Below the pieces are notes generated by a model that saw only the letters and a list, made by a program, of their open reading frames with translations, did not search any database and was not told where the DNA came from. Below are positions 57,863 through 64,000 of a stretch of DNA of 64,000 nt, piece after piece; position 1 is the stretch's first letter, and each line of letters begins with the position of its first letter. Source of the stretch: Psammoneis japonica (taxonomy: Eukaryota); assembly GCA_008632985.1 (NCBI GenBank), contig QPGO01000034.1, positions 1 to 64,000 on the forward strand. Reading direction: 5' to 3'. Made by a program: the position numbers and the translations under genes.

Positions 57863-59619
57863 TGCAGCATGGATGTTGAGCCACCAGTCTGACTCATGGA
57901 TGTCCTTCAACATTTCCCTGTAGAGAAATGCATTGCATGTGGGCTGATTGTCGAGTTTGGGCCCACCGTGCTGTTGGGCTGTTTGTGCCAAATGCAGCAT
58001 CATGCCCATGGTTGACTGACCCACATTCTTTGGTCATTGTGCAGAGTTGGAGCCCACCAATGTTCTTTGTTTTGTTCAACCCACCATTCTCAATTGCTTC
58101 TGTGAAGATTGCAGTTGCCTGCTGAGATTGTTCTCCAACAGCAGCACTCACATGTTCCTGTTCAGCTGACTGCTCATCTGGAGAAATGTTGTTCTCAGGG
58201 CAATTGGAGGCACAGCGCCCCTTCTTTTTCCACACTTGAAGCATGCAATGTGCTCTGCAGATCATTCATCTCCATTCTTGCTTGGGTTGCCACTGACAAT
58301 CACTGCACCATCATTGCCCGCTGGTGCTGAGCATGGCATCTTGGACCGGTTGTGCCATTTGGATCACATGTTTTGGATGTCCATCATCCCCCGTCAGGTG
58401 GCCATTTGTTGGAGCTCCAATCATTTTGAGTCATTGCCCTCAGCTTGCTCCTGGGATGAAAGCTGTGGCTGGACATCCTTCTCTGGCTTCTGTCCTGGTG
58501 ATTTTGTGTTTGGTTGCTGCCACGACCAGCTCTGGCACTGTGATTCCTTGTCAACACAGGCTCTCCTTTTTCAGTGGTGCCCCTCATGATGGCTCTCCGC
58601 TGCACTGTCAAATGTCACAACATCGCCAGATGCTTGGATTTGCTTGCATCAGGTCTGGGCCAAATCAAATTGTCCTTGGTGGGAGGTGGCACAGAAATTT
58701 TGCATTGGTTTGTGGGTTGCATGTTCCGAGTGCTTTTCGCCATTGTGCTGGTGGGCAATTGACCTGGGGGACAACATCTTCAACAGCTCAGTTGTCTTGG
58801 CTGAAACCCTTCGTGGCACAGCGTCCATGCAGTCATCATTGACTTCAACTGCTGGTCTCATGGTGTCACTGCACTGGCTCCAAATCCACATGCATGGATC
58901 ATGCTTTCCTCATGTTCTGCTTGCACCCAGCACTGCTCCAACCTTGCGCAGCTCTTGATTTCTTCTGTCCCCACATCACTTGGTCAGCTTCATTTGTGTT
59001 TCAACCTGCATTGTTTGTTGAGGCTGTGTGCTCTTCTCCATTAAAACCCACAGTTGTGTGATTGTCGCCTTTGCACAGCCACCCAAGTCATGGAAATGAT
59101 GCTGTCCTGCGCAGCTGGCGATTTCTTGTGCACGAATTGCCTCTGCCCCATGAAGGCCTCAGTTTGTTGCTGCTGCTCACTGCCATTCTTGTCATGCACA
59201 AACCCTCAAACATGGTGTGATTCTTCTGTGCCCCCCCCCCCCCCCCCGAATGTGCTCTTGTTCTTGAGTGTCTTTTTGGCGAGCCGCTGCCTCTTTTTCT
59301 TGCACTCCTGCACCCCTGGTTTTTCGGCACCATTGTTTTGTTGGGGGCTGGGTGGCTGGCCGCCAATGTTCTCTCCCATCATGGCTGCAGTGTTTCTAAA
59401 ACAATCATGTTGGAACAACTTTCTCTGCTTCCAGGGCTTGGATTCACGACATCACAAATGTCCTGCAAACAGACACAGGGCACTCGCTCTGACATGCTGG
59501 GTGCCAGAGCCAAAACAGTTTGCTCACCTCTCTTTTCTGCTCTTTCCCTTTGCCAATCTGGTCTTTCTTCCTGACATCCAGAACATTCCTGTTCTGATCG
59601 TTCTTGTTTTTGTTCCCAA
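57863..59619 (-). mobile_element. Decayed copia 5' fragment (partial LTR, gag, protease), paralogous to 44734-46511
   Basis: Colinear similarity from tgcagcatggatgttgagccaccag to ttgtt..tgttcccaa. Motifs KKGRCASNCP and LDNQPTCNAF. Confidence 0.88.
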
Positions 59620-59939
59620 TTATACCTGGTTCCGTCGTTCGCATCATCTTAGTGCCGCGCTTCCTTTCATGCCGCGTTCGTGGTTTCGTAGCTTCTACTC
59701 TCTCCAGTAGGCGCGCGTGCTCCGGCCTCATCTGGCTGACGCGCGCGCGCTGGCTGGTGGCTTGCTGGCTGGCTGAATGAGCCTGTGTTGTTTGTTGTGT
59801 GGGTGAGGAGTTCGCTCGGTGCTTCGTTATCTTTCTCTCTCGTGTTTCTGTATGTAACCTTACTTCCCCGTCCCTCTTTCTACCGGTACATATTATGCGT
59901 CGCATCAATAATTCTTGGCGGGTTTTGTTGGACTTCAGG

Positions 59940-61019
59940 ATGAGTCAATGGCAGAAACATTCGATCGCCACTGAGACGTCCGCGTTAACAGCGAAACAAA
60001 CTGATCAGGGCAAAGCATCATCGACCATACATCTGTCGCTCCTTGCGGTCTCACTTTATGTGGCTTCGGGTGTGTCACAGCCTCTGCTAGTATCAGTCGC
60101 AAAAGTGAGGGGACTGGCTGATCCACAGTGTCAGTTCTACATGCTGTTCTATTATTTAGGCCCTGCCAGCGTAGGAGTAAGTGCCTTTACTTCCATACGG
60201 CCACCGGTTCATTTGGTCCTCAAGGCAATCGCCATAGCTTGCTTTGATTTGTTGGCGCAGACGATCAACTACACTGGGTCCACTTTTTCGGGTCCTACCA
60301 TTTTCGCAATCATATACTCGTCGGTCACAGTATGGACAGCCATTTTCTCTAGGCTTATCCTGCAACGCCAAATAGATCAGAAGCAATGGTTTGGAGTAAT
60401 TATAGTATTCGGTGGCTTGTCTGTCACAGCTTGGGATGCTGTGTCTTTTGGGCGATCTACTTTGCTGGGTGCCACTATGGTGATGGGAGGTTCTGCGATG
60501 CATGCAATGACTTATGTTCTCAATGAAGCGATTCTGACACGACACGAAGAGAAGCTCAGTGTTAAAATGAATTGTGCGATCCAAGGAATCGCAGCCTTCC
60601 TCATCTTGCTGCTGTGGCAACTCCTTTTCACGCGGAGGCACTTCAATGAATTAATCCGTCAACCCATGGATCAGGCGAATACAACATGGCAAACCGCTTC
60701 TTGGATCTTGATGGGGTTGGCGTTGGCGAATTTGATACATGCCATGTCTTACTTTTACACTCTCAAACACGTAGAGGGTGGAGCAACTTCTGCAGGTGTT
60801 CTCAAAGGATTGCAAGCAGTGCTAGTATTTGTGGTTTCCTCGCTGTTGTTTTGCGGACGGTTTGGTGGTGAAGAAATGTGCTTCTCGAATTGTAAGCTTG
60901 CTTCTTTGATCATTGTAGTAGTTGGAGTTGCCTTGTTTGGAAACGCAACAGAAGAGAAGCGAAAGCGTGAGTCAGTGTCTCGTCAAATCGAAGGTTCTCC
61001 CGGATGCGAAGTGATCTAA
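59940..61019 (+). CDS. EamA/DMT (SLC35-like) multi-pass transporter; start could be 59895
   Basis: About 10 hydrophobic helices. Motifs FDLLAQTINYTG..GPTIFAIIYSSVTVWTAIFSRLIL..QWFGVIIVFGGL and SAGVLKGLQAVLVF. Confidence 0.88.
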   Translation: MSQWQKHSIATETSALTAKQTDQGKASSTIHLSLLAVSLYVASGVSQPLLVSVAKVRGLADPQCQFYMLFYYLGPASVGVSAFTSIRPPVHLVLKAIAIACFDLLAQTINYTGSTFSGPTIFAIIYSSVTVWTAIFSRLILQRQIDQKQWFGVIIVFGGLSVTAWDAVSFGRSTLLGATMVMGGSAMHAMTYVLNEAILTRHEEKLSVKMNCAIQGIAAFLILLLWQLLFTRRHFNELIRQPMDQANTTWQTASWILMGLALANLIHAMSYFYTLKHVEGGATSAGVLKGLQAVLVFVVSSLLFCGRFGGEEMCFSNCKLASLIIVVVGVALFGNATEEKRKRESVSRQIEGSPGCEVI

Positions 61020-61069
61020 AGTACAAGTAGGCCTACCGTAGGAAGAATTACCGGTATGGCGTACTTTTT

Positions 61070-62190
61070 TCATGCTTCAGAGACAAGAGGAATTCCATCA
61101 ACGTAAGCTGCCTCCTCGAAGTCGCTTGGCTGAACGTCCACCACTTCGACTGTACCCGACACCGTTACAACGAAAGCCACCGATGTCGCACCAAACAAAA
61201 TATGATATGATGAAGACGTCGCAGAGCCTCTTTTATTGGACGCCCTTGGGTCTTGCGCCAAAATCTCTTTGAGAGTGTGGCATGCTGCTTCAAACCCACT
61301 ATTGTCATGTGTGTAAAGAGGCGATAATCGCTTTTCCAGCATTAGTCTTCTCAACGAGTCTCTTGCTTCGTCTCTGAATTCAACGTTGGATAATTCGTCA
61401 TCATTGTCTACCCAGCTCGGTACAGACAATGAATTCCCGTCGTAGCGACCTGGAATATCCCATGGCACACACGGCTTGATATCATACACTGGTGTCCCAT
61501 TCACCAAGTCCAGCGCTGAGATATACAGGTGTCCCTTTACCTGGTCAAACTTATCAATTCTCACCAGTGATAATCCAATTGGGTTGGGTCGATGAGGAGA
61601 TCTGGTTGCCAGTTGCCCCACCTTAATTCCTCCGCCTCTTGGAGGTTTTACTTTACTTTTCCTAGATGATACTAGATCCGTGTTGGCATGAAATCCAAAA
61701 ATGATCCACGCGTGGCTGTAATCCTCGATTCCACTCAACGACTCCACGAAAATCGATTCCTTCCGAAGCTCGATGCAACCTCGCGATGATGGGACTAGAG
61801 CACCCTGGCGAGGGGTTCCCATTCTCTTGGTATATGGAGACAAAACTGTTCCGATGCATTTCAAAATCAATGAGTGAGAATCTCTCCTGTTTGACGGTAA
61901 ATTGTTCTCGAACCTCGTTGCCTCCTGCTTTAGCTTCGTCCGAAGCGCTACTTCAGCGCGAATCCTTCATTGTTGAGCATGAATTAGAATCGGAAGAAGG
62001 ATCCATGAAGGACGTGATGAATGAAAAGATAAAGTGGCGCAGGCAAACAATCAACGTACCGTCCTTTGCGTTCAGCCATACGTTTATCTTCCAATTCGGC
62101 TGAGAGATGACGTATCACTCGACGATGATACCACCAAAAGCAAATAGAACTAATTCCAAGAACCGCACCCGCAGATACCGCCTGCGTCAT
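61070..62190 (-). CDS. TRMO: tRNA (adenine(37)-N6)-methyltransferase TrmO/TsaA family; exons 62060-62190 and 61070-61964
   Basis: IGTVLSPY..RMGTPRQG, YSHAWIIFGFH, KVKPPR..GQLATRSPHRPNPIGLS, LDLVNGTPVYDIKP and LAQDPR. GT-AG intron at 61965-62059. Confidence 0.93.
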
Positions 62191-62482
62191 GGTTGTGCGT
62201 TGTGGTTAGACCTACTACTATGTGGGTTGTGGATAGCATGGCGCCGGGCCCGGGGCGCGAAAAAAGCCAGTCTCAAAAATCGCGGAATTCAGGCAAAAAC
62301 GAAAAATCAAAAACTGAACATCAGAAATCCAGAAATCCAAAGAAAGCGGTAATGATTCAGCTTCGTCTCACTTCTTCTTTTTGTCTCTGGGACTACTAGA
62401 GCAACCTATAAAGAAGTATTGTCATTTATTGTACAAGAGATAACACCAGTGTCTGGTATCTGTAGCATTTCCTTTAAAAGTA

Positions 62483-64000
62483 ATGGGTTGTCGCAAAGAG
62501 GCGTTTCTATTGTTCCTGATCCTTTTTGTGGCAGCTTCGTCAGTCGTTGGCGCGAGCGGGGACTCCCTCGTTGACGTGTGTACCTCAGACAGTGACAGCG
62601 ACGATTTGTTGCAGAGAAATCCCGCGTACATGCTAAGCGATCAATCTAGCGATTCAGAATATTCAGACTCGGAATATGACTCAGAAAGTGAAGATGATGA
62701 CTCCAAGACGGCGTTGGCAAAGGCCATGTCAAAATCGAGAAAGGCTCCAGGGCGCACCCTGAAGCTAGTCAAGAAACATCGCGTGAAAATCACAGTTGCC
62801 GTGGGGATGTACGCGTTTCGAAGGGAACTTTGCCTTCTTCTGCTTCATTTTTTTGGAACAAATGTGGTTGACCAACATACGGGAAAGCAAATTCGTCAGC
62901 TCAAGATGAAGCCAACCACCATTCTCAAGGTAGTAATTTTTGTCGAGGTGATGCGGCGACTTCAATCCGGTGAGAGCGCTGCAGGTCCCGGAACGAGCTT
63001 TGCAGCCCTTTTGCTTGGTGGACGGCAAGGCTTGGTGTTCTTGCAAGCTTTTTCTGCGTTGCTGGAGAAAACATCGAATCCTGCATTTATTCCTCCTATT
63101 GAACAGAGGTATACTTTTGAAAGAATGAACCTTCGCTACAAGAAGGACTGCATGGCTTTTAAGAAAGCAATGGAGAACACCCAAAAACCGTTCGGTTCGT
63201 CGACATCGCTCTTCGGATCAAAGTCGACTGCGAGTGCAGAACAGGGAAGAGTTATAATGGCACCGTAATTCTTTTTGATTTGACTGGACTCGACAAAGGC
63301 ATGTCACGAATGGCTGAGTTGAGTGACAAAGTTTCTTTTCTGTTGAATCTACACCGAGCTGAAAGTATCAATAACACCAGTGCTGCAGTGACGAATCATC
63401 GTCCTAATACAACGACGCCTGAGAGTGTGGAACCAACACTAGAGGTTGTCATTACCCTTCAATCACCAGGTGGATCGGCATCAGATTACGGCCTAGCGGC
63501 CCAGCAATTTCTAAGGCTACGTGACGAACCAGGAATCACCCTTACTATCTGTTGCGACAAAATCGCTGCATCTGGTGGATATATGATGGCTTGCACGTCA
63601 AGTCCTGGGCATCTTTTCGCTGCACCCTTTGCTGTTATTGGCTCAATCGGGGTTTTTGGACAAGTTCTGAACGTACATGACACCCTGCAGAATTGGGGTG
63701 TGAAGCCAGTGGTTTTTCGTGGAGGAAAGCACAAAGCACCTCTAGGGTTGATTGGAGAGGTTACAGATGATGCAATTGCAACTGTTCAAGGAATGATAGA
63801 TAAAACGCATGAGGCTTTTAAGAGCCACGTACTGACCTCCCGCCCTCTTGTTGCTCAACACTTGGAGGATGTGTCAACCGGAGAGGTGTGGCTTGGCTCG
63901 GAGGCTATCAAATTTGGACTGGTGGACCGGGTCGTTACAAGCGATGAGTACATAGGGGAACGCATGCGGGAAGGAGCCCGGGTTCTAAAGCTCATCAACT
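62483..64000 (+). CDS. S49-family serine peptidase (SohB/SppA-like), runs off the right edge; probable frameshift near 63245
   Basis: LQSPGGSASDYGLAA, DKIAASGGYMMAC, AAPFAVIGSIGV, GKHK and TGEVWLGSEAIKFGLVD. N-terminal signal-like segment. Confidence 0.9.

Noticed and set aside
61070..62190. TRMO adenine methyltransferase as the cause of the adenine mutations
   Set aside because: It is an ordinary tRNA t6A37 methyltransferase, and proximity alone is not evidence of a link.
3954..63270. Frameshifts in the RCC1, rhomboid, TFIIE-alpha, SPT4, coiled-coil, lumen-protein and S49 peptidase genes, read as pseudogenisation or programmed frameshifting
   Set aside because: They look like single-base indels, some in short homopolymers, in otherwise conserved and partly essential genes. 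Long-read consensus error is the simplest cause; read polishing would test it. Such indel errors do not explain the context-specific substitutions confined to repeats.

Overview
Eukaryotic genomic DNA, most likely from a pennate diatom (inferred from short GT-AG introns, a bipartite plastid-targeting signal and diatom-type Copia/Gypsy elements). Compact islands of host genes (CIA2/FAM96, RCC1-repeat protein, rhomboid, LOV-like PAS protein, sterol desaturase, TFIIE-alpha, SPT4, a thylakoid-lumen protein, a PDZ fragment, an EamA/SLC35 transporter, TRMO/TsaA and a SohB-like S49 peptidase) alternate with transposon-rich blocks. These include a full-length Ty1/copia element (10014-17255, TSD GATCC, atypical AG..CT termini), a full-length Ty3/gypsy element (49592-54491, TSD TTGAT) that splits a host ORF, and large decayed blocks (about 1.1-2.4, 22.6-31.2, 34.5-47.3 and 54.9-59.6 kb). 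The strongest signal is a repeat-restricted, post-insertion TpA->TpG/CpA hypermutation (A>G in a TA context, on both strands). All 16 differences I counted by eye between the paired LTRs of the two full-length elements are of this type. Conserved Tyr codons in the TE enzymes have become His or Cys, and the oldest blocks have lost nearly all TpA and CpG, while neighbouring host genes look untouched. The direction is opposite to fungal RIP, and it may reflect an undescribed genome-defence mutator. Several host genes carry single-base frameshifts that are probably assembly errors.
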